Part shown: positions 24,329 to 36,249 of the stretch, piece by piece | How positions within the stretch are numbered: position 1 is the stretch's first letter | How the letters are laid out: each line of letters opens with the position of its first letter | Assembly: GCF_006345805.1 (NCBI RefSeq) | Contig: NC_042998.1 | Span: 7,192,001-7,256,000, forward strand | Length of the DNA: 64,000 nucleotides | From: Octopus sinensis | Lineage: Eukaryota | Reading direction: 5' to 3' | Made by a program: the position numbers and the translations under genes | Notes under the pieces: model-generated | What the model was told of the DNA's origin: nothing | Databases searched by the model: none | Seen by the model: only the letters and a program-made list of their open reading frames with translations

Positions 24329-25044
24329 TTAACCCTTTCGTAACTCTATTTATTTTGTGATGCTCTGTGTTTCTTTCAGTTACTTTAAATATAACAAAAA
24401 ATTTATTAAAATAACTTGGTTATCATTAAGCTATTGTTAGGAACATAAATTGTGACCAAGGTTTGGTGGAAGATTTTAATTCAAAACTTATGAAAACAAG
24501 ACATTTGTACTCAGAGCCAGAGGTGGTTTCAGTCAGGTTGGTAATGAAAGGGTTAAAAATATCATGGTTACTTTAACTCTTTTGTTACCATATTTCTGTT
24601 GAGATGTTCTGTGTTTCTTTCAATTATTTTAAATATAACAAAAAATTTATTAAAATTACTTGGTTATCATTAAGCTATTGTTAGGAACATAAATTGTGAC
24701 CAAGGTTTGGTGGAAGATTTTAATTCAAAACTTATGAAAACAAGACGTTTGTACTCAGAGCCAGAGGTGGTTTCAGTCAGGTTGGTAATGAAAGGGTTAA
24801 AAATATCATGGTTACTTTAACTCTTTTGTAACTGTATTTATTTTCAGATGCTCTGTGTTTCTTTCAATTACTTTAAATATAACAAAGAATTTAGTACAAT
24901 AACTGAGTTACCATTAAGCTAGTGATAGGAACATAAATTGTGACTAAGGTTTGGTGGAAGATTTTAATTCAAAACTTATGAAAACAAGACGTTTGTAGTC
25001 AGAGCCAGAGCCAGTTTCTGCCAGGTTGGTAACAAAAGGGTTAA
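24329..25044. mobile_element. Three tandem piggyBac-like MITEs (220 bp each, 244-bp period)
   Basis: Each copy reads TTAA-C(C/T)CTTT(C/T)GT(T)AC...GGTAA(T/C)(G/A)AAAGGG-TTAA. Starts at 24333, 24577 and 24821, with the identical 16-bp spacer aaatatcatggttact at both junctions. Confidence 0.8.
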
Positions 25045-26701
25045 TGGTAAGAAATAGAGCTCAGCTGTTAGGAATATAGAAATTCCTTTAAGAACATCAG
25101 TGACAAATATCAGGTTACCATTTGATGTATTGTAAAGAAATAAAACAAACACATCCATCCCAAAGAAGCTATTCATATAATATAGTTTTTGTTGTTTGTA
25201 CAGTTTTGTGTGGTATTGCTTTGACATTGTTTTATGCATATTCTGAGTTTTAGATTTTAGCATTTTTCTTTCAAATATGACCACATATGTATTATTTTCT
25301 TTTACTACCTATTGAATATTATACCACTAACAATCACAAGAGAATCTGTCAGGTAGTAAGGAGGAAAATGTTTAAGGGACAATTAGGATGGTCTTTCTTT
25401 GCACAATTCAGTCCAAATTTTCATGGCAAATGTTATGAGAAATTAACACATTAATAATTCTATCTGTCTGTTCTTACTGGATGTAATTCAAATTCCAGGT
25501 GAAAGGACTATGCATAAGTTTGATGTAGAACCAGTGAAAATGTTACTAGGAACTTAATGAGGACAATAAAGTGGGTTTTGGGGGAAATGTTCTTAATGGT
25601 TATAGAAAACAAAGAACTGGTTTAGAAAAATTAAAACACATTTCACTCAATGTATTGGCAACTTGTAATTGCTTTATATATTTTTTTTAAATAAACATTT
25701 TGACTAAGCTGAATGCAATTAACAATTTAAAAAATAGAGTACATTATAAACATGAGAAAGAAACTTCTTAGATATAATAAATAAATAAATAAATATGAAT
25801 AAGAAAATGTGTCTTTTGTAGAAAGGTAAGCAATTGATAAGATTTTTTTCTTTTCTTTCTTTATTCTGAAGAATATTTGAAGTCTTATATAGTTAATGTG
25901 CCACTGATGATGAGAATATGATTAGAATCTCTTAGAATCTCTTCTATACTTGTAAGAATGTTAAAGTAACAAATTGATTTTCATTCTTAGTTGGATTTTG
26001 GTATTTTATGATTGATAAGAACTAAATTGAATTAGAAACCATATAGTTGTATAAGTCTGCAACAATGTAACAAAACAATTTACTTGATTCAGTTGGATTT
26101 TGGTATTTTATGATTGATAAGAACTAAATTAGATGAATCTCCTCTTACATTTCAGGTTTTTCTGTTGTTTTTTTTTCCTATTATTTGATGCATTATTTTC
26201 AAAAAACAAACTGTCAGAAAACATAATAGAACATTGAGCTTCAATTAGATACTAAATATCAATGTTTGAGCCACCTTTGTACAATGATTCCACTACAAAC
26301 CATTTTCTCCTATGATGTTATTTTATATCATGTGTTAATCATTTCATATCATGAAGACGTATTTAGAGTTTAACTTCATTGTATTACGCAGAGCAATTAG
26401 ACTGCTTTATATCAAGCCTGCTTAAATAATGCCACGGTTTGATTGTTTGTATTTAAATGAATTTTTACTGTATTTTCTGGCATACAAGTTGACAGAGTAG
26501 ACAGGGTAAATGTAGCTTAAACATTCAAGCACCATCACTATCTTTCCATATTCCGCTGTATTTCAAATGGAATTTTTGATCCTTCAAAGTTGTCTTGCTA
26601 TACAAGTTGACCGACCCCTTTTGATCTGAAAAATTTGATTTGTATGCTGGAACATATGGTAGTTGTAATCATATTAAACTTTCTGGTTTATTATTATTAT
26701 T

Positions 26702-27067
26702 AATGTGAAGTATATTTGCCATCTAAATATGGCTAACCACTAAGGGTGGATATTACTGTAGCTTGTAGCCCCAGGGGAACATCTTCTCCAGCTGGCTATT
26801 GACACACTTTCTGTGCCCTATTGGTATTTGCAAAGGGAAGCCATCCTCCCCCATCATCGGCCTGAGGTGATATGCATGGACACGGGTTTCTGGGTATTTA
26901 CCCATCATCAGTGCACAACAATCACCGGTCTTTGATGCGAAGGGGTCCCAATGCAAATACATATATCCTTTAGCCAGCTGGAGAAGATGTTCTCCTGGGG
27001 CTACAAGCTACAGTAGCATCCACCCTTAGTGGTTAGCCACATTTAGATGGCAAATATACTTCACATT
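26702..27067. repeat. Long inverted repeat IR4 (97-bp arms, 172-nt spacer), probably the 3' end of a (TAA)n-tailed retroelement plus an inverted copy
   Basis: 26702-26798 versus the reverse complement of 26971-27067: 4 mismatches. (TTA)n directly to the left. Confidence 0.92.
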
Positions 27068-27148
27068 GTCGTACAGTTACTGTTTATACCTCGTTCAGAG
27101 ATTTATTATTGATTATTATTAATATTATATGTCATTGTATCTTTGCAG

Positions 27149-27229
27149 CTCCTAAAATATAAGGCTGAAAGAAAGTTGTCAAATCACCGATTGGCCGAGG
27201 AAAATGAGGAAATTAGGAAAATCAAGAAG
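27149..27229 (+). CDS. RASGRF: RasGRF internal coding exon (end of coiled coil): LLKYKAERKLSNHRLAEENEEIRKIKK
   Basis: Acceptor ctttgcAG at 27147-27148, donor AAG|GTataa, 81 nt = 27 codons with no stop. It ends in IRKIKK, and vertebrate RASGRF1/2 have DIKKIKK directly before VQSFLRGW. Splices in phase 0 to the 47925 exon. Not in the ORF track. Confidence 0.85.
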
Positions 27230-27802
27230 GTATAATTTGAAAGCTTCATTGCTGCATTACTTTCTTCTTAAATGTCAAATATTTTGCCAAAACTCTCTCA
27301 ATTACTTTCAAGAGATGGTTATTCAGTTTAACATACTTATATCATTTCCCTCCTATCTCCTTTGCCCTTCTTCTATTTTGCAATGATATTGCTATTGAAA
27401 AGCCCTTCTGGAATAAGTTACTGATAAATTCAAGTCATCAAGATTGGAATTTTACATGGTGATACAAATGGCTAAAAATAGCAACAAAAAAATTACCTTT
27501 AGATTACATCTCACCTTCTTTAAAAATAAAAAAAACACACTGAGTAATATAGTCCTTGATATACAAAATGGTAAAAGGGGGGGCTGGAATGCTTTTAATC
27601 ATAAGTCTGCTTGATCAGTGGTAGCCTGGGTCTTACCAGCAGCAACCTGATGACTGAAGAATGCACAGAGTTATGTGACTTGATGCTTTCAGTATCTCCA
27701 TAACAATCTTTGATGGCCCTGTTGTTTTTCTAGATTTCTTTCCACTATTTGCTTTACTAACCAGACTGAAAGTAACCTTTATATATATATATACATATAT
27801 AT

Positions 27803-28102
27803 ATATCACTTGATCACTTGACCGACCAGACCATCAGATGTTGTTACACATCGCTGGTCACAATGCGTTCGCATTGTTTTAGCCTTCGAATGACGCCATC
27901 CCGCTGGCTAAGCGAGCAGGCCAACAGAAGAAAGAGTGAGAGAAAGTTGTGGCGAAAGAGTACAGCAGGGATCACCACCATCCCCTGCATGGAGCTTTTA
28001 GGTGTTTTCGCTCAATAAACACTCACAATGCCCGGTCTGGGAATCGAAACCGCGATCCTACGACCGCGAGTCCACTGCCCTAACCATTGGGCCATTGTGC
28101 CT
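27803..28102 (-). mobile_element. SINE-D-headed variant with a different 3' half, flanked by (TA)n
   Basis: Head aggcacaatggcccaatggttaggg...ggtttcgattccc and block ctctttcgccacaactttctctcactct are shared with the 7885 copy; the tail is unrelated. Confidence 0.8.
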
Positions 28103-28333
28103 TATATATATATATATATATATACATCAATAAGAAAATGGAGGGGATCAAGTGGTGTTCATCATCTTTTAGACATTATATTATGTCTATTTATTTTTTT
28201 AAAAGACTATTGCAACAATATACATACATGTATAACATATTATACTTTACATATATAATATATAAAATATAAAATATAAAATACCATGGATTCACAACCT
28301 CTAGCTCTCTTGGAATTATATGTGTGTATGTGT

Positions 28334-28378
<45 letters not shown>

Positions 28379-28820
28379 TGTGTGTGTTACATTATTAGAC
28401 ATTGTGTTTTCAAATCATGCCTAATATAATGATTTGATGATTGCTATTTTAATTTTTAGGCTTAATTGAAACAGCTGTAAGAGAATCTGTTGCAGATAAC
28501 AATTTTTAATTAAATGCTACATCTCCATTTTCTTAATTTTCTTTTGAATGATTATGAAACATGATTTATATTTAAACCTATTATTTTATGAATATTATTA
28601 TTCACAACAAATATTAGGTAATGAACCAGTAATTCATTGGATATTACTATCCCTTAATGACGCTAATTTAGCCTCTAATTGAATTTATATGTATACACAC
28701 ACACATACACATGCATGCGCATACACACACACACACACGCGCACATGCACATACACACACAAAGGGCTGTTTTCAGTTTCCAGCCACCAAAATCCATTCA
28801 CATGTCTTCATTCAGTTCAA

Positions 28821-29257
28821 TCTATACATATAAATCTGAAGTTGTCTGTGTGTGGCAGGTTTGGTAGCCTTCAACTAACACTATCCTCTCCGAGACCCTG
28901 CGGCGCTAGTTGACCAAAATTGAGAGTATGATAGAAGAAGGCTTGCTCTTCATTCTGTAGAAGATAAAATTCAAATCGGACCATGTTAAGATCAAAAATT
29001 ATTTACATCAAAAAAGTGCTTTTTTTCTATGAAGATCCTTATTTTTTACAATTTTTTTACTGCTGTGTCGCCATTTTCCGGTGCATTTCAACCAGAAAAA
29101 TGTTCACTTAAAGAGAATAACAAGCTATATAATGCAAAATTTTTACTTTTCAAAAACGATTGAAACTATGTCAAAACTTTGTTAACGCGACATCAAAGTA
29201 TGCTGTTTAAAGCGCAACTAAAAAACAAACCCGAGCAACACTGGGCTATACTGCTAG
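28821..29257 (+). mobile_element. Non-autonomous Helitron (437 bp)
   Basis: A|TCTATACATATAAA 5' end, subterminal hairpin CCCGAGCAACACTGGG, 3' CTGCTAG|T. Confidence 0.75.
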
Positions 29258-29536
29258 TTCTATAATAAAACACAACTGCTGAATTTACTGTATAGTGGGA
29301 CTGAACTTGAAACCACATGCTTCGAAAGCAAACTTTTTGGCTTCACACAGCTATGCCTGCACCAAATATGAGGTTTCTATGTAGTCACTTAATGTGCTAA
29401 AAATAACAACCCAATTTCACTGAAAGTATACCAAACCATCTTTAAAAGGAAAGAACATATTTCATAACATAGTTTTAGATATTTTCTTTGGAATTACCAT
29501 ATCAGAAATTATCTTTCCATACTATCTCTTATACTA

Positions 29537-29939
29537 TACTCTTTACTCTTTTACTTGTTTCAGTCATTTGACTGCAGCCATGCTGGAGCACCGCCTTCAA
29601 TTGAGCAACTCGACCCCGGGACTTATTCTTTTGTAAGCCCAGTACTTATTCTATCGGTCTCTTTTGCCGAACCGCTAAGTAACGGGGATATAAACACACC
29701 AGCATCAGTTGTCAAGCAATTCTAGGGGGACAAACACAGACACACAAACAGACACATGCATATTTATATACATATATACGACAGGCTTCTTTCAATTTCC
29801 GTCTACCAAATCCACTCACAAGGCTTTGGTCGGCCCGAGGCTATAGTAGAAGACACTTGCACAAGGTGCCACGCAGTGGGACTGAACCCGGAACCATGTG
29901 GTTGGTAAACTAGCTCCTTACAACACAGCCACTCCTGCG

Positions 29940-29942
<3 letters not shown>
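29537..29942 (-). mobile_element. SINE-A, full length
   Basis: Reverse complement of the family consensus. Confidence 0.9.
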
Positions 29943-29993
<51 letters not shown>

Positions 29994-31664
29994 CACACAC
30001 ACACACATAAAGGTTACTTTCAGTCTGGTTAGTAAAGCAAATAGTGGTAAGAAAAACAACAAGGCCACCAGAGATTGTTCTACTTGATGAAGGTTGATCT
30101 GAGCTAAACAGCCTTAGCAAGCACAATAGATAAGATTTCCTTATGATCTGATACCTATTTTACAACAGTTTACCTACTTTAGGCAAACTGAGGCTGTATG
30201 AAATAAAGTATTATGCTCAGAAGCACAATAAGAAAAACTAAGTATGTGGGAGATTTTAAACTCATGACAAATGAAGCAGTGTGCTAATACCTCAGCCAAC
30301 CTGATTCCACGTAGCTTTCTTATAAATATTACTGAAGTCTTTGAGAGAATCAGATGCTTTCATTTCTTCTTTTTCCTTTTTTTTATTATTGTTTTTCCTT
30401 TGTCTATTAGATATTAAATATGTCTAATTTGATTTTCACCCCTTTGGAAGTCAAAAGAATTGTTTCTTTCATCAGTTGTTTCTTGAAAAATTGATGGAAA
30501 ACTCTTTAGAACGGTAATCTACAAACTGAACCTAAATGATTGGTTGCCAGCAAGTCTAAGATTCAGGCTGACTTGAAATAATGCTTTTACTTTTTTTTAT
30601 TTTTTTATATATATATATATATAATACTATTTTGTCTGCTGGTTTTCTTTGGTGAAACCATTAGCCAGAAAAAAAATTTAAATAAGTTTCTTTTTATTTA
30701 TTTATTTATTTATTTATATATTGTAAGATACACTCGTACGATAACATATAAAGTAATGGCAAAGAAAATCAGCCAAAGATTGAATCTATATAAGAGATAA
30801 TACAAAATATAAGCTTTACTTTCATAGTATGAAAATACTTATTGGGTTATGAATGAATGAAAGAATGAATGAATGATGCTAGCACATTTCTTCGTTTCCT
30901 TTTTTTTCTTTTTCTTTTTTTTTTTTTTGGTCTAAAATGAGGAGTTGGTGTGTAAAAATAAGTAGCGAATAAAGTGAAGCTTGGTTCAAACACTGGATGT
31001 TGTAACATGCCCTTAAGTATATGAAGAGATAATTTACTGAAGCAAAAGAATAAATGAGAGATATATCCTTTTAAATGAGGTTTCACGTCTCTTTGAGACT
31101 GAATGCATCAGTAAAGATAATCAAAAAAGCTTCCCGTAATAATCTTATTACACTTACATTTTCCAATTCAAATAGTTTTTCGTTTTGCTTTGTTTTTTTA
31201 TTTCATTTTATTTTATTTTATTTTATTTTATTTTATTTTATTTTATTTTATTTTATTTTATTATTTATTTATTTATTTATTAGTTTTTATACAAGCTGTC
31301 ATTAACAGTTTATAAGTTCTAATGCTAGAAAAAAAAAATGCCTGATGTAACCAGGTGGTGCTATTGACCAGTTGGTGCTATTAAGTTAGACATGGCCTGG
31401 GCCAATAATGGCCGAAACCTATCAAAGTATCAAAGTAACCAGTAACCAACATCACTACCACCACCACCACCATCATCATCATTATCACCATTTAAAATCC
31501 ATCTTCCAAACTGGCTTGGATTGGCCAGTTCAAGCAGAAACTAATGAGTTAAAAGACTGCTTCCGTGCTCCAGTGTTTACTTTGGTATGGCTTTTATGAC
31601 TGGATGTTCTTCGTAATGCCAACCACTTTACAGAGCATAGTGGGTGTTTTATTGCCTGACACCA

Positions 31665-31985
31665 GTGTGGTGTGTGTGCGATTTGAATATAAAAGCACCT
31701 ACCTTCTCTTCCTCGTGATGGAGACCCTTCAGTGGTAACTAATCCTTCGACACAGCCCCGACCCGAACACTAAAGATAGCAGCTGCTGCACCCAAACCTT
31801 AGCGATGTCTTCACACGTCTTGACACCTCGACGACCCACGTTGGAAAGGCCGAATTCACCGCTGCCTGTGCGCGCCTGCCGGCTTCCCCCTTCCGCTCAG
31901 CCCCAACTTCCGGTCAACTCACCCAGCTGCTGACGTCATCCCACAACCAGCCCTAGTGAATATAGCCTTGCAAGGCTAGGGACAT
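31665..31985. other. Isolated GC/CpG-rich segment: solo LTR or promoter-like island
   Basis: TG...CA ends possible but no TSD found. TATAAAAG 31688-31695, ETS-type ACTTCCGG 31906-31913, CRE TGACGTCA 31931-31938, 16-bp palindrome 31963-31978. Confidence 0.4.
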
Positions 31986-32099
31986 AATGTAAACCCTATA
32001 ACCGAGATGAAATAGAAGACAGAATGTGCAATGGTTCTAGGGGGTGGGTGATGGAGGATAAGATGACAGAAACAGATTTATAAGTACGTTAACATCAAC

Positions 32100-32452
32100 A
32101 TCAAAATGAAAATCAAATGGAAATTGTAGTTAAGATACTCGTGCCAGTGACACGTTAAAAGCACTGTCCAAACGTGGCAGATGCCAGCGCCACCTAACTG
32201 GCGTCTGTGTCGGTGACACGTAAAAGCACCAACTGATCATGGCCATTTGCCAGCCTCCTCTGGCATATGAAAAGCACCCACTACACTCATGGAGTCGTTG
32301 GTGTTAGGAAGGGCATCCAGCTGTAGAAACATTGCCAGATCAGACTGGAGCCTGGTGCAGCCTCCTGGCTTCCCAGACCCCAGTTGAACCGTCCAACCCA
32401 TGCTAGCATGGAAAACAGACGTTAACCAATGATGTTGATGATGATGATGATT
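32100..32452 (+). mobile_element. Retroposon family C
   Basis: Internal modules, core and (GAT)n tail. Confidence 0.8.
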
Positions 32453-32544
32453 TGTAGGGAAGGCAGTAACTGAAGAGTAGAGTAGTCAACCATTAGAGGT
32501 CAATAAATATGGCAGGGAAAGAGGAACAAGAAGGGATTATTAAC

Positions 32545-32917
32545 CAGGAGTGGATGTGTGGTAAGTAGCTTGCTTACCAACCACATGATTCTGGGTTCAG
32601 TCCCATCACATGGCATCTTGGGCAAGTGTCTTCTACTCTAGCTTCGGGCCGACCAATGCCTTGTGAGTGGATTTGGTAGACGGAAACTGAAAGAAGCCTG
32701 TCGGATATATGTATATATATATATGTATGTGTGTGTATGTTTGTATGCTGGTGTGTTTATGTCCCCCGTCACTTAGCGGTTCGGCAAAAAGAGACCGATA
32801 GAATAAGTACTGGGCTTACAAAGAATAAGTCCCGGGGTCGATTTGCTTGACTAAAAGGCGGTGCTCCAGCATGGCCGCAGTCAAATGACTGAAACAAGTA
32901 AAAGAGAGTAAAAGAGA
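32545..32917 (+). mobile_element. SINE-A
   Basis: Family consensus with a short internal deletion. Confidence 0.88.
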
Positions 32918-33065
32918 GGGGTTACTGAGAAAAAGAGAAAACAGTGAAAAGGCGATAAAGGTTGATTTAAGTAGGGTGGGGTACAGGGAATTCCAGAGCT
33001 ACCCTATATTATAAGGGTGAGTATGGATAGAAGGTCTGAATGGAAATGGACAGGAAGGGAGCCAT

Positions 33066-33263
33066 AGCAAAACTAAAGAGCTTTTTTTAAACCCTGTGTT
33101 GTTCTCTGCTCTGGTCAATTACTAAACATTTAGCATGTATTGAATGCTTTTTGTGGCACCAGCATTATCGGAGGTACCTTGTACGTTTGCAAAGTGAAAG
33201 AAAGTACCCCGAATTGAAAAGAAGCAGATTTATTGTGAGATGATGGCAACTGTAAGAATAACA
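33066..33263 (+). repeat. 198-bp direct repeat, copy 1 (copy 2 at 34692-34889)
   Basis: agcaaaactaaagagc...ggcaactgtaagaataaca occurs twice with only scattered substitutions. Confidence 0.9.
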
Positions 33264-33889
33264 TGATTTAAGAAGTTACCTTCTCAAGGGCTGGTTACCT
33301 GGTTTTCCATGGTATATAAATTCACCACCTGGACAGAATGCCAGTCCACTACAGGATAACTAATTTTTGCCAGCTGAGTGGACTGGAGCAATGTGAAATG
33401 AAGTGTTTTGCTCAAGAATACAATGCGTTACCCGGTCCAGAGATTGAAACCTCAATCTTGTGATCATGAGTCCAACACCTTAACCATTAAACCATGCACC
33501 TCCACGAGCAATAGATTAGGGTGAAGAAGAATCTGGAGATAATTTTTTTGAAGAAAGATAAGTGTGAGGGCTGTGAAGGGCTGGCCAAAGGATGAGGAAG
33601 AAGATGAGAAGAGGTGTTGAGGTAGCAAGGAGGAGAGAAGCTGTGGGGAGAACGGGCAATGAGAGAAAATGGTGTAAAAAGTAAGGAAGCAGTGAGGGAG
33701 TATTGTGAGAGCAGTGAACAAAACAAACATGATGCATCATCTTCATCATGATCGCCCTCATCATTTTACATCAGCTTTCAATGCTGGCATAAGTAGGATG
33801 ATTCAACAAGATTCAACAGTTCAGTAGACAATCTCTTTCTCCAGCATTTCATTTTTGATGTAGTTTCTATGGTTGGATACCCTACTTTG

Positions 33890-34210
33890 TACTAATCAAA
33901 ATCAAATTCGATGACAGGCATCCGTGCTTGTGGAATGCTAAGAGTACCACCTGTGTCATCTCTTGTGAAAGGTAAGAGAGTCCAGTTTGCTGGACATTGT
34001 TGTAGAGCTGTAAAAGAGGTAATTTCTACTCTTCTCCTCTGGAAGCCATCTACTCGCAATACCAGAGGGCACACACTCTCCTACCCTGATGTAATCTCCA
34101 GGGATACAGGCATCCAGCAACAGGACCTCCGTAATGCCATGATGGACCGTGGAGTCTGGCGTAGCATGGTAAATTCCATTGTCTCGACCACGGTCAAACA
34201 ATGATGATGA
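33890..34210 (+). mobile_element. RTE-clade LINE 3' fragment (ORF C-terminus)
   Basis: RVQFAGHCCRAVKEVISTLLLWKP...TLSYPDVISRDTG...DLRNAMMDRGVWR is typical of RTE C-termini; tgatgatga tail. Confidence 0.8.
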
Positions 34211-34224
34211 AGAGTACCATACAA

Positions 34225-34642
34225 GCATGATCGTTGCCAAAGCAACAAGTTGGCCTCTGTGCCGGTGGCATGTAAAAAACAATTGAAGCATGATCGTTAC
34301 CAGTGTCGCCTTACTGGCACTTGTGCTGGTGGCATGTAAAAAAATATTCGAGCGAGGTCGTTGCCAGTGCCACTGGATTGGCTCCTGTGCAGGTGAAACA
34401 TAAAAGGCACCATTTGAACATGGCCATTGCCAGTACCGCCTGATTGGCCCTCGTGCTAGTGGCACATAAAAGCACCCACTACACTCTCGGAGCGGTTGGT
34501 GTTAGGAAGGGCATCCAGCTGCAGAAATTCTGCCAGATCAGATTGGAGTCTGGTGCAGCCATCTGGTTTGCCAAACCTCAGTCAAATCATCCAACCCATG
34601 CTAGCATGGAAAACGGGCGTTAAACGATAATGATGATGATGA
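34225..34642 (+). mobile_element. Retroposon family C with about 4 internal modules
   Basis: Internal modules, core and (GAT)n tail. Confidence 0.8.
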
Positions 34643-34691
34643 TTAGGCTCGTTTTTCATGGCACCAGCACCATAGAGGTTGCCTTTCCATC

Positions 34692-34889
34692 AGCAAAACT
34701 AAAGAGCTTTTTTTAAACCCTATGTTGTTCTCTGCTCTGGTCAATTACCAAACATTTAGCATGTATTGAATGCTTTTTGTGGCACCAGCATTATCAGAGG
34801 TACCTTGTACCTTTGTAAAGTGAAAGAAAGTACCCCGAATTGAAAAGAAGCAGATTTATCGTGAGATGATGGCAACTGTAAGAATAACA
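34692..34889 (+). repeat. 198-bp direct repeat, copy 2
   Basis: Matches 33066-33263. Confidence 0.9.
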
Positions 34890-35035
34890 GAAGGAATAAG
34901 GTTGAGGTAAGGGAGACAGAGATGGAGGAGAGGGACAAGGAAGAGATAGACAAGGAGGAGACAGAGAAGGAAGGGGAAAATATCGAGTGTTAGTGTGAGA
35001 GATAGAGGACACATTGTGGTATGCTCATATTTCTT

Positions 35036-35441
35036 TACTATTTCTTTACTTGTTTCAGTCATTTGACTGCGGCCATGCTGGAGCACCGCCTTTAGTCGAG
35101 CAACTCAACCCTGGGACTTATTCTTTGTAAGCCCAGTACTTATTCTATCGGTCTCTTTTGCCGAACCGCTAAGTGATGGGGACATAAACACACCAGCATT
35201 GGTTGTCAAGCAATGCTAGGGGGACAAACACAGACACACAAACACACACACATGCAGATATATATATACACATATATACGACGGGCTTCTTTCAGTTTCC
35301 GTCTACCAAATCCACTCTCAAGGCTTTGGTTGGCTCGAGGCTATAGTAGAAGACACTTGCCCAAGGTGCCACGCAGTGGGACTGAACCCGGAACCATGTG
35401 GTTCGTAAGCAAGCTACTTACCACACAGCCACTCCTGCACC
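35036..35441 (-). mobile_element. SINE-A, full length
   Basis: Reverse complement of the family consensus. Confidence 0.9.
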
Positions 35442-35507
35442 TATATATATATAATACACGCTGTGATGCATCAAAATATTTATAAATTCCATCCAAAGAT
35501 TATTATA

Positions 35508-35559
<52 letters not shown>

Positions 35560-36249
35560 GTTTGACTTTTGCTTTATATTTGTACAAGTTGGCTTCAAGT
35601 CTCACCCGGAGACCTCAAGAGACAAGAGGTTGGAAGTTCACGTTGTTGTTATGCCTAGTGTGCCATATATTTGGTTGTTTTTTTGTGTTGTACTGGTGGA
35701 TGTCTAAAAAAAAAAAATATATAATTATTATTATTATTATTATTATTACTACATTTATCCTACATTATATCAGCACAATTCAGTGGTATCACCAGTTGGT
35801 ATATCATTAGTCTCATGCCAGCATAATAGAATAGGAACTTTTAAATATATATTGAAAATGCTTCCCATAAACAAACTTAAAGGATACACACACGCACATA
35901 CATACATACATGCATACATACATACAACTACAAATTCACATTCTGTTATTTACTCAGTCGCTTACCTATGATATCCATAACAATCATTTTGCCTTTGGCT
36001 GTTGAGCTCAACCAAGCTTAAAATACTGTAAATGCAATAAATGTTTTATTCCATTGAAATGCATCCTATATTTTCAGATTAGTTTTAGATACTTTGGTCG
36101 TTTACTAAAACTAGTGATGTGAAAGAGTAATTTTAAATTATCTTCAAACCATATAGAGAATTAATTGCGTAAAGAAAGAGGTAAGGGTTTAGATTCTGAT
36201 AGTTAGGAATAAAAAGGGTAGTATTTTATCAAACATAAAACTTATGCAG

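Noticed and set aside
26702-27067. IR4 as a classical TIR DNA transposon (MITE)
   Set aside because: No TSD, and one arm carries a (TAA)n-type tail while the other does not, which fits a retroelement fold-back better. Not fully excluded.
35213-35485. Recurrent ORF MLGGQTQTHKH...RRHLPKVPRSGTEPGTMW (also 21000, 36582, 41093, 45126, 54400 and others) as a multicopy gene family
   Set aside because: It is the antisense reading of SINE-A. Frames and stops differ between copies with microsatellite length.
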